Below are positions 19,988 to 31,220 of a stretch of DNA of 64,000 bases, piece by piece. Location: assembly GCA_965116885.1 (NCBI GenBank), contig OZ220741.1, forward strand, positions 3,200,001 through 3,264,000, written 5' to 3'. The translations under genes and the position numbers were made by a program. Each line of letters opens with the position of its first letter. The stretch's first letter is position 1. The notes below the pieces were generated by a model, which worked only from the letters and a program-made list of their open reading frames with translations, made no database searches and was not told the DNA's origin. The DNA comes from Candidatus Latescibacterota bacterium. Its GTDB lineage: Bacteria > Latescibacterota > UBA2968.

Positions 19988-20658
19988 CAGTGTCCTCCCT
20001 GTAAGCCGAGAAGATAGAGCAGTGGAAATAGGAAGATCCAGACAATATCGACAAAGTGCCAATACAGACCAAATATTTCAATAGGGGCGTTGTATTCAGC
20101 CGTGTACGTCCCCTGTGCAGTTTTAACAAATACCCAGATCAACAGGCCAATACCAATAATCATATGCAGGGCATGCATTCCGGTCATTCCGAAATACAGA
20201 GAATAGAAGAGAGCCAGTTGGGGCGAGTTTTCACCGTGCGGATGCCAGGCCAGGCCGGGGACCAAACCGTACTCGATTTTTGCGGAGTATTCAAAATATT
20301 TGACCACCAAAAAGGTAAGCCCTAAGATTCCGGTCAGAGTCAGATAGACCAGTATCCCTCTTTTATTGCCTTCATGCGACTTGTGTACAGCCATCGCCAT
20401 TGTCAGGCTGCTGACAATCAATACTATGGTATTAAATGCTCCCAGAGGAATATCCAGGTGACTACTGCCTTCAAAAAATGCCTCGGGATAATAGGAACGG
20501 TAGATCAGATACGTCGCAAAAAAGCCGCCGAAAAACAAAATTTCTGTGATCAGAAAGCTCCACATGCCAATGACAGCGGATTCTTTCTGTTGCGGCATAT
20601 CCTCGAACTGGTGAGCCAGTCCGTGCGGGTGATCGTGATGTAGTGCGTGATCGGCCAT
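19987..20658 (-). CDS. ctaE: Cytochrome c oxidase subunit III
   Basis: GMWSFLITEILFFGG, TGMHALHM, LYWHFVDIVW. Confidence 0.95.
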   Translation of the reverse strand: MADHALHHDHPHGLAHQFEDMPQQKESAVIGMWSFLITEILFFGGFFATYLIYRSYYPEAFFEGSSHLDIPLGAFNTIVLIVSSLTMAMAVHKSHEGNKRGILVYLTLTGILGLTFLVVKYFEYSAKIEYGLVPGLAWHPHGENSPQLALFYSLYFGMTGMHALHMIIGIGLLIWVFVKTAQGTYTAEYNAPIEIFGLYWHFVDIVWIFLFPLLYLLGLQGGH

Positions 20659-22289
20659 TAGTGCTCCTCAATTGGTCCGTACTCATAGGCTTCTTCTGTC
20701 ACGAGAGGCGTTTCTTCAAAATTAAATGTGGGCGGTGGGGAAGTCGTTTCCCACTCCAGGCCTTTGGCGCCCCAGGGGTTATCAGGTGCTTTTGGTCCCT
20801 TAAAAATTGACCATGTCAAATACGCGCCGGGAACCAGATACCCCAGAGCCAGAATTGACGCGCCCAGAGACGATGCCACATTCAAGACCTGAAATTCGTC
20901 GGGATAGACGTGATAACGCCTCGGCATGCCCATATACCCCAGAATGAACTGTGGGAAAAACGTCAGATTAAAACCGAGAAATACCAGCAGGGCCGAAACG
21001 CGGCCCCAAATATCGGGAAACATTTTACCCGTAATTTTCGGCCACCAGAAGTGCATGCCCCCCAGATATCCCATCACCTGGCCGCCAACCATAATATAAT
21101 GGAAGTGCGCGACCACAAAATACGTGTCGTGCAGGTGAATGTCCAGGCCCATACTCGACAAAAACAGTCCGGTTAAACCACCAACCAAAAACAAACCGAG
21201 ATACCCATATACGTAAAACATTGAGGTATCATATACAATTGACCCTTTGTATAAGGTCGCTGTCCAGTTGAATGTTTTGATCGCAGAGGGCACTGCTACG
21301 AGAAATGTGATGATGGAGAACACCATGCCGGCATACGTCGATTGGCTGCTCACAAACATGTGGTGTCCCCATACCAGGAAGCCCAAAATTGCAATGGCTA
21401 CACTTGAGAACGCGACAAATTCATATCCAAAGACGCGCTTGCGCGCAACAGCAGCCACCATTTCGCTCATCACGCCCATTGAAGGCAAGATCATGATATA
21501 AACGGCTGGATGCGAATAGAACCAGAACAAATGCTGGAACAAAACGGGATCGCCACCGAGGTTCGGATCGAAAAACCCAAATCCAAATCCGCGTTCGAGC
21601 ATGAGCAGCACCAGCGTAATTGCGATAACGGGTGTGCCCAATAACATAATCAAACTGGTGGCATAATGCGACCAGACAAACAGCGGCAGGCGGAACCAGG
21701 TCATCCCTGGCGCGCGCATGGTGTGGATCGTCACCACAAAGTTGAGTCCCGTCAGAATGGACGAGAAACCCGCCATAAAAGCGGCCATAGCGGCCAGAAT
21801 CACATTTGAGTTTGAATAAGTGCTACTATACGGCGTATAAAAAGTCCAACCCGTATCAACGCCGCCACCGACTACGGCAATTGTTCCCAAAATCCCCGCA
21901 ACGACATAAACATACCAACTCAAGAGATTGATGCGCGGAAAAGCCAGATCTTTTGCGCCGACCATTATGGGGACTAAAAAGTTGCCAATGGTTGCGGGAA
22001 TGGACGGCACCAGAAAGAAAAAGACCATGATGATGCCGTGCATTGAGAAAACTTTGTTATAAGTATCCGAAGACATCAAATCGCCTTCGGGGGTCATCAG
22101 TTCAAAGCGAACCAGACTGGCAAATAACCCGCCCAGAGCGAAAAAGATAGAAATTGAAATAATGTACAAAACGGCAATGCGCTTGTGGTCCCTGGTTAAC
22201 AGCCAGGACTTCAAGCCATAACCGTTATTCAGATAATTGACGCTCGGCGCATCTTCAGACGCTTGAACATCTTGCTCGGTGATTGCCAT
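20658..22289 (-). CDS. ctaD: Cytochrome c oxidase subunit I, A2 type
   Basis: [19 protein letters not shown] (YS = A2 signature), WGHHM, HFHY, GMPRR. Confidence 0.97.
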   Translation of the reverse strand: MAITEQDVQASEDAPSVNYLNNGYGLKSWLLTRDHKRIAVLYIISISIFFALGGLFASLVRFELMTPEGDLMSSDTYNKVFSMHGIIMVFFFLVPSIPATIGNFLVPIMVGAKDLAFPRINLLSWYVYVVAGILGTIAVVGGGVDTGWTFYTPYSSTYSNSNVILAAMAAFMAGFSSILTGLNFVVTIHTMRAPGMTWFRLPLFVWSHYATSLIMLLGTPVIAITLVLLMLERGFGFGFFDPNLGGDPVLFQHLFWFYSHPAVYIMILPSMGVMSEMVAAVARKRVFGYEFVAFSSVAIAILGFLVWGHHMFVSSQSTYAGMVFSIITFLVAVPSAIKTFNWTATLYKGSIVYDTSMFYVYGYLGLFLVGGLTGLFLSSMGLDIHLHDTYFVVAHFHYIMVGGQVMGYLGGMHFWWPKITGKMFPDIWGRVSALLVFLGFNLTFFPQFILGYMGMPRRYHVYPDEFQVLNVASSLGASILALGYLVPGAYLTWSIFKGPKAPDNPWGAKGLEWETTSPPPTFNFEETPLVTEEAYEYGPIEEH

Positions 22290-22295
22290 GACGCA

Positions 22296-23246
22296 TCACT
22301 CCATACTCGTGAGTTCGGGGGCTTTCAGCGATTTGATATAGGCGATTAACTGAATGATTCCTTCTTCGCTGATCTGACCTTTGAAAGTTGGCATAATGGG
22401 TTTGTATCCGGCCATGATCTTGGCGGAAGGGTTCAGAATCGATTCCCGAATATAGGCTTCGTCAACCAATGCAGTACCGCCGCCTTCCAGAGCCACTGTT
22501 TTTCCAAAGAGACCCGCCAGAGATGGACCGCGTCCTGTCCCGTCCGTCTTGTGGCAGGTATGACAGGCGTATTGTTCAAATAATCTTTCTCCGGCCACTT
22601 CCATTGGCTCATTCGCAGTCCCACCAGTCAACCAGGCCTCGTAATCTTGAGGCTCCAGAACGTGTACTGTACCAATCATACGCGAATGCTCGGTGCCGCA
22701 AAATTCGGCGCAAAACAGATGATACGAACCGACCTGCGTCGCTTTAAACCACAAATTGGTATATCGCCCGGGCACCACATCCTTTTTGACGCGGAATGCG
22801 GGAATATAAAAGCTGTGCAACACATCTTCTGATGTCATGGTCAAGCGCACCGATTCACCCAGTGGCACGTGTAATTCGTTAATCTCTTTTTTCCCTTCAG
22901 GATGTTGCAATTTCCACATCCACTGTTTGCCCACCACATACATTTCCATGGCGTTTGGCGGGGGTGTAATTAGATGGAAGTATAAGACGGTTGCCCACAC
23001 AAATACCCCCAGTGCGAGCACCGCTGGAATGGCAGTCCAAAATATCTCGAGGCCGAGATGCCCCGCAATCTGTCGCGGCACTTCGTCGTCCGATTTGCGC
23101 TGATACTTAATCGCAAAAATAACCACCAGGATGACAACTAAGAGCGCGAAAAACACGCACAGTGCCAAAATACCAAAGTAAAGCGCGTCAACCTGAAAGG
23201 CAAAACTCGAAGCTTGATCTGGAAAAAGAGGAAAATCAGTCTGCAT
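22296..23246 (-). CDS. ctaC: Cytochrome c oxidase subunit II with C-terminal cytochrome c domain
   Basis: DVLHSF, CuA motif CAEFCGTEHSRM, heme motif CHTCH. Start may be 23246 or 23258. Confidence 0.95.
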   Translation of the reverse strand: MQTDFPLFPDQASSFAFQVDALYFGILALCVFFALLVVILVVIFAIKYQRKSDDEVPRQIAGHLGLEIFWTAIPAVLALGVFVWATVLYFHLITPPPNAMEMYVVGKQWMWKLQHPEGKKEINELHVPLGESVRLTMTSEDVLHSFYIPAFRVKKDVVPGRYTNLWFKATQVGSYHLFCAEFCGTEHSRMIGTVHVLEPQDYEAWLTGGTANEPMEVAGERLFEQYACHTCHKTDGTGRGPSLAGLFGKTVALEGGGTALVDEAYIRESILNPSAKIMAGYKPIMPTFKGQISEEGIIQLIAYIKSLKAPELTSME

Positions 23247-23291
23247 GTGCCAACTCAAAAGTTAGAGGTCCAATGGACTTGTTTTGAAGCG

Positions 23292-24095
23292 TTAATTTGC
23301 CTGCAATGGCGACCGCTCCCGGCGCACCATAATAAAAATAAATGTCAGGATACAAATTACAGTAATCACACCAGCAACGCGAACCAACCGATAAATTGCC
23401 AGCGTATATTTGCCTGTCAATGGATTGTACTGAAAACAATAAAGCAGAATCGCATCAATGGGAGAGCTGATCTGATCTTGCGAGGCTTCCAAAAGCCCCA
23501 GTTGCAAATCCCGCGGCGCAAATTCGACCCCAAACAGATACCGAGCGATCTTCCCCTTGGGTGTCAAAATTGCAATCCCGCTGGCGTGAACGTATTCGTC
23601 TGTTTCGGGATCGTATATATAGCGATATCCAAGAGCCTGGGTTAATGCGTTGATCGATGCCTGGTCTCCCGTGAGAAAATGCCATCCATTTTCTCCGCCT
23701 TCTCGACCGTATCCATCGACGTAATTCACCTTTTTTGCCGCTGCTAATTCTGGATATTCATCGGGATCAATGCTAAATGTCACCACCACAAAATCTCGTC
23801 CGGCATTGAGAGAAACGGGCCGCAACCCCGACAACAAACCATTCAAAATTTGTGTACACAACATGGGGCATTCATAATATGCGGGCACCAAAATAACGGG
23901 GAGATCATCCAAATATCGCGTCAGCATAACATCTGCACCCGATTCATTGCGGAACTTCAAATTTGCTGGCACAGATGCGCCCAATTTCTGTTCAATTCCA
24001 ACGGAATCCAGTACTGTGGGATTTGGGGTAAGGTCCTGCGCCTGCACATTACTGTTCAGATATATCAGCACCATACAGGCAAATAAAACGCGCAT
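23292..24095 (-). CDS. SCO1/SenC family copper chaperone
   Basis: YYECPMLC, FSIDP, WHFLTG, HAS motifs. Confidence 0.92.
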   Translation of the reverse strand: MRVLFACMVLIYLNSNVQAQDLTPNPTVLDSVGIEQKLGASVPANLKFRNESGADVMLTRYLDDLPVILVPAYYECPMLCTQILNGLLSGLRPVSLNAGRDFVVVTFSIDPDEYPELAAAKKVNYVDGYGREGGENGWHFLTGDQASINALTQALGYRYIYDPETDEYVHASGIAILTPKGKIARYLFGVEFAPRDLQLGLLEASQDQISSPIDAILLYCFQYNPLTGKYTLAIYRLVRVAGVITVICILTFIFIMVRRERSPLQAN

Positions 24096-24098
24096 GTT

Positions 24099-24476
24099 TT
24101 ACTCTCGCACCGGGAGCCCGCGTTCGAGCACCAGGTCTATTGCCCGCTCAATTGGAAGATGCACAACCCCGGCATCCCTATCAATCCAACCGTATTCGGT
24201 AAGTGTGCGATTGGTTTCGGCACGCACCTGCGTCAGTTCAGCAGAAGGTACAGTTTGGATCAGCGGTCCCTGATAGGGTTTTTGATGTGCAGCCATGGGC
24301 GGCGGATCCTCTGTCATATAAATCACAGCTTGTTCCAGACCGAGAAACATGGCCCACATAGCAATGAAAGATAGAATGGCTATAGCTATAATTCCAGCAG
24401 TGGCAGCGAGAATAGGGCCAATGTTGAGATGATAGTCTTCGTAGCCCTTTTCGCGGGCATTGTGCTTTTCTGCCAT
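24099..24476 (-). CDS. ActG-like single-TM subunit of alternative complex III
   Basis: Position after actF; one TM; YGWIDRDAGVVHLPIERAI motif. Confidence 0.7.
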   Translation of the reverse strand: MAEKHNAREKGYEDYHLNIGPILAATAGIIAIAILSFIAMWAMFLGLEQAVIYMTEDPPPMAAHQKPYQGPLIQTVPSAELTQVRAETNRTLTEYGWIDRDAGVVHLPIERAIDLVLERGLPVRE

Positions 24477-24477
24477 A

Positions 24478-25668
24478 TCAGTGACCTTCTCCGGCAAAGG
24501 TTTCTGCCATGCGCGGATCGTGCAATGGCAGCAACGGCACACCTTTTAGCTGCATCGCAAAAAATCCCAACCACAAGCCGCCAATACTGACAAATGTCAG
24601 CACATCTGCGACGTAGCGATACAGTCCACTGGCACCACCGTGCCCAAAAGCCGGTGTAATAAAATAATAAAGATCGACATAGCGCATAATCAACATAAAA
24701 ATTGCGATAACCGTCATCAGCGCGGCGCGGCGTTTGATCGCCCGCTGCAATAATAAAAAGAATGGTAGAAAAAAGTGAAAAATAATTAATGCTGTCCCTA
24801 CATATTGCCAACCGCCATGCGATCGACGAATGTACCAGGGGGCTTCTTCGGCCAGGTTGCCAGACCATGTAATCAAAAACTGGGAAAAACTCACATAAGC
24901 CCACAGACATGTAAATGCAAACATCAGGGTGCCCAGGTCGCTCAAATATTTGAATGCATCAACTTCTCGATAGACCTCGACATCCTTTAATTTGATCACC
25001 CACAAGATGCACAGGGCCATGGCACCCAGTGCGCCACCCACCACAAAAATTAAGCCATAGATCGTCGAAAACCAGTGCGGTTCCAAAGACATGACCCAAT
25101 CGGTTGCCGCAAATGTAACGGTCAAGATAAACATGGGAATCCCGGGGCCACTCAGATTAATCATCCGGCTTTTTAGACCGGGTTCACCAGTTTCATCTTG
25201 CTCGCGCGACCATTTCGTTAGCAAAAACATCCAGAGCAGCCACAGGGCAAAATAAACGACCGCGCGAATATAAAATCCGGTTTCATTCAAATACGGTTTC
25301 TTAAAGGTCAAAATTGGATCTTTGGCTACGACATCTGTATGCGTCCATTCGTACAAATGATGCATACCCAGAAGTGCAATGGGAATAAACAGGACAGCCA
25401 TGAGCCACAGTGTGCGCGCGCCCGATTCCAATAACCGCCGAATGACAAATCCCCACCGTCCACTGACCAGATGGTGCAACATCAGCAATCCCAGACAGCC
25501 CAGAGATATGACCAACCAGTAGATATAGCTAACGAGATACGATTGGAAAAATTGCTGAGAGTCGGCAAAAGCAAGAATAAATAAAAGCACCACACCGCAG
25601 GCGCCTGCCAACAGGCCTCTTTGTTGCACTTTATCTACAAATGGATGGTCAAAGGATTTAGTAGCCAT
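24478..25668 (-). CDS. actF: Alternative complex III membrane subunit ActF
   Basis: DWVMSLEPHWFSTIYG, WAYVSFSQFLITWSGNLAEE; gene order. Confidence 0.88.
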   Translation of the reverse strand: MATKSFDHPFVDKVQQRGLLAGACGVVLLFILAFADSQQFFQSYLVSYIYWLVISLGCLGLLMLHHLVSGRWGFVIRRLLESGARTLWLMAVLFIPIALLGMHHLYEWTHTDVVAKDPILTFKKPYLNETGFYIRAVVYFALWLLWMFLLTKWSREQDETGEPGLKSRMINLSGPGIPMFILTVTFAATDWVMSLEPHWFSTIYGLIFVVGGALGAMALCILWVIKLKDVEVYREVDAFKYLSDLGTLMFAFTCLWAYVSFSQFLITWSGNLAEEAPWYIRRSHGGWQYVGTALIIFHFFLPFFLLLQRAIKRRAALMTVIAIFMLIMRYVDLYYFITPAFGHGGASGLYRYVADVLTFVSIGGLWLGFFAMQLKGVPLLPLHDPRMAETFAGEGH

Positions 25669-25674
25669 AATATC

Positions 25675-26304
25675 CTACTCGTTTTCAAGCCGCTGACGCA
25701 CATCGGCAGGGACATCGTCCAGCGTGGCGTTTTGGCTCAGTTGTAACGCCTGAATATAGGCTATAATAGCCCATCGATCCCGCGGTTTGATACGCGATGC
25801 ATAGCTATACATTGCGCCAAAACCATTGGTCATGACATCAAAAAAGTAACCCGGTGTTTCATTTTGCAGCCGCTCAATATGGTATGATGGGGGTTGCTTC
25901 ATGCCTCGGCGCACCACCATACCGCGCCCATCACCTTCATACCCATGGCAGGGGGAGCAGTAAATATTGTAGCGTTCTCTGCCGCGGAGAATCACATCGC
26001 GCGTAATGGGAAAGGGAAAAGTCTCCGCCGGTTTACCATCTACTATTCCGGTATATAAATGCGCGTCTGTACGCAAATGTCCGCGTGCAACCGTGCCTTT
26101 TATCCAGGGCCGAGAGGACCGGTTATCCGCAAAAAAGGTATTTTTTTCCAGCGGTTCAAATCTCGACTGGTTGTACATTTCTTGCCGCAAACGCTCGATA
26201 TCTGTCGTGCCGTCACACCCCATTGCCATAAAGAGTGCGAACACCACAAGCCATCTCGCGGGGTGGGCAATTTTTACCCAATTAGCTAATTTACGGTTCG
26301 ACAT
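25675..26304 (-). CDS. actE: Alternative complex III monoheme cytochrome c lipoprotein ActE
   Basis: Lipobox-like MAMGC, GTVARG, CSPCH, GFGAMYSY. Confidence 0.88.
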   Translation of the reverse strand: MSNRKLANWVKIAHPARWLVVFALFMAMGCDGTTDIERLRQEMYNQSRFEPLEKNTFFADNRSSRPWIKGTVARGHLRTDAHLYTGIVDGKPAETFPFPITRDVILRGRERYNIYCSPCHGYEGDGRGMVVRRGMKQPPSYHIERLQNETPGYFFDVMTNGFGAMYSYASRIKPRDRWAIIAYIQALQLSQNATLDDVPADVRQRLENE

Positions 26305-26824
26305 CATCTACCTTTTTTGCTTTCAGGCTCTCGAGAAATGCACGGGTTTCGGTAATATCAAATTTGGGATCTTCGGCTTCGATACACAAAAAGAATCCAT
26401 CGCCAGAAGCGCGTTCAAAATTGGGCACATTGAAAACCGGGTGATAGGGACGAGGCAAACCATTGAGAATGAGCATGCCTATCAATGCACCGAAGGCGGA
26501 AAATAGCACGCCGAGTTCAAATGTCACGGGAATAAAAGAAGGCCAGCTCAAAAGGGGCCGACCACCCACATTGAGCGGATAGTCAATTACAGATACCCAG
26601 TACTGAAGCCCAAAGCCTGAACAGGCACCGAGAAGCGCACAGATCAACACAATGATGGGCACGCGGTGCTTGTCATAACCCATTGATTCCGACAAATCGT
26701 GTATCGGCATTGGAGAATAAGCGTCCATCTTGCGATACCCTTCTGCATATGAATCTTTCGCAGCTTTGAGCAATTCGTCGGGGCCATCAAATTCAGCCAA
26801 AAGACCGTATAAATTTTCAGCCAT
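26291..26824 (-). CDS. actD: Alternative complex III subunit ActD (DUF3341)
   Basis: GLLAEF, DAYSPMP, YPLNVGGRP, PVTFELGVL. Confidence 0.9.
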   Translation of the reverse strand: MAENLYGLLAEFDGPDELLKAAKDSYAEGYRKMDAYSPMPIHDLSESMGYDKHRVPIIVLICALLGACSGFGLQYWVSVIDYPLNVGGRPLLSWPSFIPVTFELGVLFSAFGALIGMLILNGLPRPYHPVFNVPNFERASGDGFFLCIEAEDPKFDITETRAFLESLKAKKVDDVEP

Positions 26825-26836
26825 AATCACACCCGT

Positions 26837-28231
26837 TTAATCATCGGCAGAAGCCGTTTCCGCCTGTTCGTTTTTATTTGCTACCAACTGGCGGATTTCA
26901 AAAATGTTAATGACGGGCATCACCCGAATAAACAGGATCATCATAAAGAGGAAAAATCCAATTGTGCCTGCGTACAATCCCCAGTCCCACGGCGTCGAGT
27001 GATACATATCCCAGGACGAAGGCATAAAGTCGCGGTGCAGACTCGTCACTACAATGATAAATCGCTCGAGCCACATTCCCACATTGATAAACATTGAAAT
27101 AATAAACAGCCATAGCGGACTCAGGCGCACCCGTTTAATCCACAATAATTGGGGAATGGCCACATTGCACAAGATCAATGACCAGTAAGTACCGGAATAA
27201 GGGCCAAATGTGCGATTTTGCATCATATAGCCTTCGTAGGGGCTGGCACTATACCAGGCAAAAAACTGCTCCATCGCATAGCCATAAGCCACAATGAGTC
27301 CGGTGGCCAGCATCACCTTGCCCATATTGTTCAGGTGACGATCAGTGATATAATCGTGCAATCCATAGAAGTAGCGAATGGGCAGCCCCAGCGTCAGCAC
27401 CATTGCGAAACCCGCATATACGGCACCCGCCACAAAATAGGGCGGGAAGATAGTTGCATGCCAGCCGGGAATCAGGCCTACGGAAAAGTCCAAACTCACG
27501 ATGGAGTGTACGGACAGCACCAGCGGCGTCGATACACCCGCTAAGAGAAGCGCGGCCATTTCATAGTTAAACCAGTGCTTGGCGGATCCGCGCCATCCCA
27601 TTGACAACACGCCGTAGATGATCTGTGAAATTTTGTGTTTGGCCTTGTCGCGCAGGGTGGCAAAATCGGGAATCAGGCCCAGATACCAGAAGATCAGAGA
27701 TACTGTAAAGTAGGTGCCAACGGCGAATACGTCCCATATCAGCGGACTGCGGAACTGCGGCCACACAGACATTGTATTGGGATAGGGCAACAACCAGTAA
27801 GCCGCTACCCAGGGACGCCCCGTGTGCAACAGCGGAAACATACCGGCGCACATGACAGCAAAAATGGTCATGGCTTCGGCAAATCGGTTGATCGAATTGC
27901 GCCATTGCTGACGCATAAGCAACAAAATAGCCGAGATTAACGTGCCCGCATGTCCAATACCGATCCACCAGACAAAGTTGATAATTGCCCAGCCCCAGCC
28001 AACGGGAATATTTAAACCCCAGATACCGGTCCCTTTGATTAGCAGCCAGGTCGCAGACAACATCAATAATTGCAGGATACCACCTGCAATTAACATCGCT
28101 GCAATCCACCCCAAAGGCGTGCGACTGGTGATGATAGCGCTGAGTCTTTGCGTCACCGTTGTATAGGTCTGCCCCGGACCGAGCACCGGCGCCGGCATCG
28201 TCGGATCTTTTATAGGTGCAGGACTACCCAT
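26837..28231 (-). CDS. actC: Alternative complex III quinol-binding subunit ActC (NrfD family)
   Basis: NFVWWIGIGHAGTLISAIL, RFAEAMT, SPLIWDVFAV, SVHSIVS. Confidence 0.95.
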   Translation of the reverse strand: MGSPAPIKDPTMPAPVLGPGQTYTTVTQRLSAIITSRTPLGWIAAMLIAGGILQLLMLSATWLLIKGTGIWGLNIPVGWGWAIINFVWWIGIGHAGTLISAILLLMRQQWRNSINRFAEAMTIFAVMCAGMFPLLHTGRPWVAAYWLLPYPNTMSVWPQFRSPLIWDVFAVGTYFTVSLIFWYLGLIPDFATLRDKAKHKISQIIYGVLSMGWRGSAKHWFNYEMAALLLAGVSTPLVLSVHSIVSLDFSVGLIPGWHATIFPPYFVAGAVYAGFAMVLTLGLPIRYFYGLHDYITDRHLNNMGKVMLATGLIVAYGYAMEQFFAWYSASPYEGYMMQNRTFGPYSGTYWSLILCNVAIPQLLWIKRVRLSPLWLFIISMFINVGMWLERFIIVVTSLHRDFMPSSWDMYHSTPWDWGLYAGTIGFFLFMMILFIRVMPVINIFEIRQLVANKNEQAETASADD

Positions 28232-31220
28232 GCTGTGAAATCTCCGGATTGGGATTGGTCAATCGCGCCAGATACGTGGTGCGTGGTTTGGTATTTAATT
28301 CTGTCAAAATGCCGTAATTTCTCTGTTGGGCTTTGAGCTTGGCCACGCGGCTATTGGGGTCTTTAATATCGCCAAATACAATGGCATCTGTAGGACACGC
28401 ACCCTGACAGGCGGTTGTAATATCGCCATCTTTCAATTCTCGATCTTCGACCCTGGACTCAATGCGCGCGGCACTGATGCGCTGCACACAATAGGTACAT
28501 TTTTCCATCACGCCGCGACCGCGCACTGTCACATTGGGATTGCGCTGTAATTTGAAGCTCGGTGTTTCTTCATCGGCATAGTGAAGGAAATTGAAGCGCC
28601 GCACCTTATAGGGACAGTTATTTGAACAATACCTCGTGCCCACACAGCGGTTATAGGCCATATCGTTCAAACCCTCGGCGCTGTGTACGGTTGCGCCAAC
28701 GGGACAGACCAGTTCGCAGGGGGCATTTTCGCACTGCATACAGGGTACGGGCTGGTTGTAAAGTTCGGGGTTGTCCAGATCGCCCTTGTAGTAGCGGTCG
28801 ATGCGAATCCAGTGCATTTCGCGTCCGTTGAGCACCTCATCTTTGCCCACCACCGGGATATTATTTTCCGACTGACAGGCGACTGTGCAGGCATTGCAAC
28901 CATTGCACGAATTTAGATCAATTGCCATGCCCCAGGCTATGCCATCGTTGTCGTGAATGCCATCGAAAAAGTTTGCATCGGGACCGGGATCGTGTCCCAT
29001 TTCGTGTACAAAATGCGGATGTTTTTCGTATTCATCAACAGTACCAGACCGCACCAGCGCGCGGCCTTCCATGCTGTGGTGATCCTGTGTGCAGGCCAGG
29101 GGATACGTCTGTCCCGTTTTTGTCATTGACGCGCTCGATGCAACCCATGGAGAATCAGATGTCTGAAGAGCATAAGCGTTAAAGCCAACGCCATTACCCA
29201 CGCGGCCAGCGGCCGTGCGTCCAAAGCCGAGATGTACAGTGACGGCATTTGCGGGATGCCCGGGTGCGATCCAAACAGGTACTTCCACAGAGCGATCATT
29301 AGCACTCAACGCGACCACGTCACCATTTTGAAGCCCCATTACCTCGGCAGTTGCCGGCGCGATCAAAGCCGCATTATCCCAGGTGAGGCGCGTATGGGGT
29401 TTGGGCAATTCTTGCAACCAGCCATTGTTGGCATATCGTCCATCGCCAATTGTGGGATCCAGGCGGAAATTCACTTCGAGACCTTCATTCGCCTGCGATG
29501 GCGTGCCGTAATTTTCGGTCAAGCTAACAGATCGCTCGGGCAAAGCTGTATCGGGTACCAACCCGTCATGTAAATAAGTTTGCCAGGCTGTTTCAAAATC
29601 GCTGTCTTTGTATTGCTCCTGCCAATATTCTTTGACCCGGTCGTAATCCGTGCGTCCTTCTCCCAGCATCATAGCTACCAATTCTGCGGCGGACTTACCA
29701 CCGTAGAGTGGCTCAATCAACGGCTGGACGATAGAAACAGTGCCATCAAAAGCACGTGTATCGCCCCAGGCTTCTAATGCGTGTGCTTCGGGCAAATGCC
29801 AGTGAGACAATTGCGCGGTTTCATTTTGGGACTGGCCCAGATGGATGCGCGTTGCCACCTTCTGGTAAGCGGCAGCAAAATTGAGGTCTGCCGGTGCATT
29901 ATAGACGGGATTGCCACTCAGAACTACCAGCAGTGAAACTCTGCCTTCTGACATATCAACGGTTAAATCTTTGAGGGAAGCGTATTGATTGGTAGGTTCG
30001 GCTTCTACTGGGTCTGTGTACGTCACGGTGTTACCCACATTGCCCAACGCATCGTTAATGGCGTGTGCAAGTGCGTGAACAGCAGGCGGTTGATGGTCGC
30101 CTGCGATCACCAGCGATGCGCCCTGGTGTGCCGTCAAATCTTTGACCAGTGCATTGAGCCAGGCATCGTGTCCAGCACTATTGCCACCTGTCGTGTTTAT
30201 TCCCAATGCAACAGCTACTGCCCGCGCAAATCCCTCGACTTGACTGGCTTTCAATGGCAGGCGATGATCGGCAAAAGATCCCGTGTTAGATGGGGTAGAT
30301 TCAACGACATAGATTCGATTCATATCGGCCTTTTGGCCGTCAATGACCTGGCGGCCCAGAGCAACGTGACGAGCGTGTCGAACACTTGCCGCACCGCTTT
30401 CCATAAAATCGGCGTCTAAAGACAAAATGCGTTTGGCTTTTTCAAAATGATACTGCGTTTCGACCACTTCGCCAAAAGCCATCTTGGCGCCTTCGCGCAT
30501 GTTGTCGCGTGTCCCAGGCTCAAATTGATGCCACCTTGCGTTGGGATATTTTTCCAATAGTGCGCGAATCTGGCTGATCAAAACCGGAGAAGTCACCGTT
30601 TCTGTCAACAGGCGCAATTCTTCTCCCTGGTCTAAATCGAGTTTTGCCACTTCGGTTGCAAGAGTCGCAGAAAATCTCGTCCATGTACTCGCACGCCCAT
30701 TTGCCACGGGTACCTGCGTGCGGTCCGGGTCATAGAGGTCGAGTATTTGAGCCTGTGTAATTGCATCTGTGGGACCAAAAGTCGCATTGCCCGATCGGGG
30801 TGTTGCTGGATGTGAGGGATTGCCCTCTATTTTGGTTGGGCGCCCCGCATGGCTTTCGACCAGTACGCCCCGGGCGAATCCGCCTTGAGAGAGAGCCGAA
30901 GCAAAGAACAGGGGTTTGCCGGGAATGATCTGCTCGGGAGCACGCACATAGGGGACAATTTTTTCTGGCGGCTGGCGAGTACACGATGTCAAACCAGCAA
31001 ATGCCAGAGACGCACCCATTACCTGTAGAAATTTGCGGCGACCGACTTTGTCGTCCCATTCGGAGGCCCCTTCGGGAAATTCGCGGTGCAAATAGTTGCG
31101 AAATTCTTCCGTATCGGCCAATTCATTCAGGCTGCGCCAATAATCCTGCCCCTCGCGCGAAGCCAAGCGTTCTCGAATCGCAGAGAGATCCAAACCGTCT
31201 TTATGTGCTGTGCGTGTCAT
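28224..31220 (-). CDS. actB: Alternative complex III subunit ActB (molybdopterin-oxidoreductase-like plus Fe-S domain)
   Basis: YWRSL...REFP...RRKFL Tat-variant leader, GRPTKIEGNP, CNGCNAC, CMQCENAPCELVCP, CVGTRYCSNNCPY, EKCTYC; ATGA overlap with actA. Confidence 0.95.
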   Translation of the reverse strand: MTRTAHKDGLDLSAIRERLASREGQDYWRSLNELADTEEFRNYLHREFPEGASEWDDKVGRRKFLQVMGASLAFAGLTSCTRQPPEKIVPYVRAPEQIIPGKPLFFASALSQGGFARGVLVESHAGRPTKIEGNPSHPATPRSGNATFGPTDAITQAQILDLYDPDRTQVPVANGRASTWTRFSATLATEVAKLDLDQGEELRLLTETVTSPVLISQIRALLEKYPNARWHQFEPGTRDNMREGAKMAFGEVVETQYHFEKAKRILSLDADFMESGAASVRHARHVALGRQVIDGQKADMNRIYVVESTPSNTGSFADHRLPLKASQVEGFARAVAVALGINTTGGNSAGHDAWLNALVKDLTAHQGASLVIAGDHQPPAVHALAHAINDALGNVGNTVTYTDPVEAEPTNQYASLKDLTVDMSEGRVSLLVVLSGNPVYNAPADLNFAAAYQKVATRIHLGQSQNETAQLSHWHLPEAHALEAWGDTRAFDGTVSIVQPLIEPLYGGKSAAELVAMMLGEGRTDYDRVKEYWQEQYKDSDFETAWQTYLHDGLVPDTALPERSVSLTENYGTPSQANEGLEVNFRLDPTIGDGRYANNGWLQELPKPHTRLTWDNAALIAPATAEVMGLQNGDVVALSANDRSVEVPVWIAPGHPANAVTVHLGFGRTAAGRVGNGVGFNAYALQTSDSPWVASSASMTKTGQTYPLACTQDHHSMEGRALVRSGTVDEYEKHPHFVHEMGHDPGPDANFFDGIHDNDGIAWGMAIDLNSCNGCNACTVACQSENNIPVVGKDEVLNGREMHWIRIDRYYKGDLDNPELYNQPVPCMQCENAPCELVCPVGATVHSAEGLNDMAYNRCVGTRYCSNNCPYKVRRFNFLHYADEETPSFKLQRNPNVTVRGRGVMEKCTYCVQRISAARIESRVEDRELKDGDITTACQGACPTDAIVFGDIKDPNSRVAKLKAQQRNYGILTELNTKPRTTYLARLTNPNPEISQHG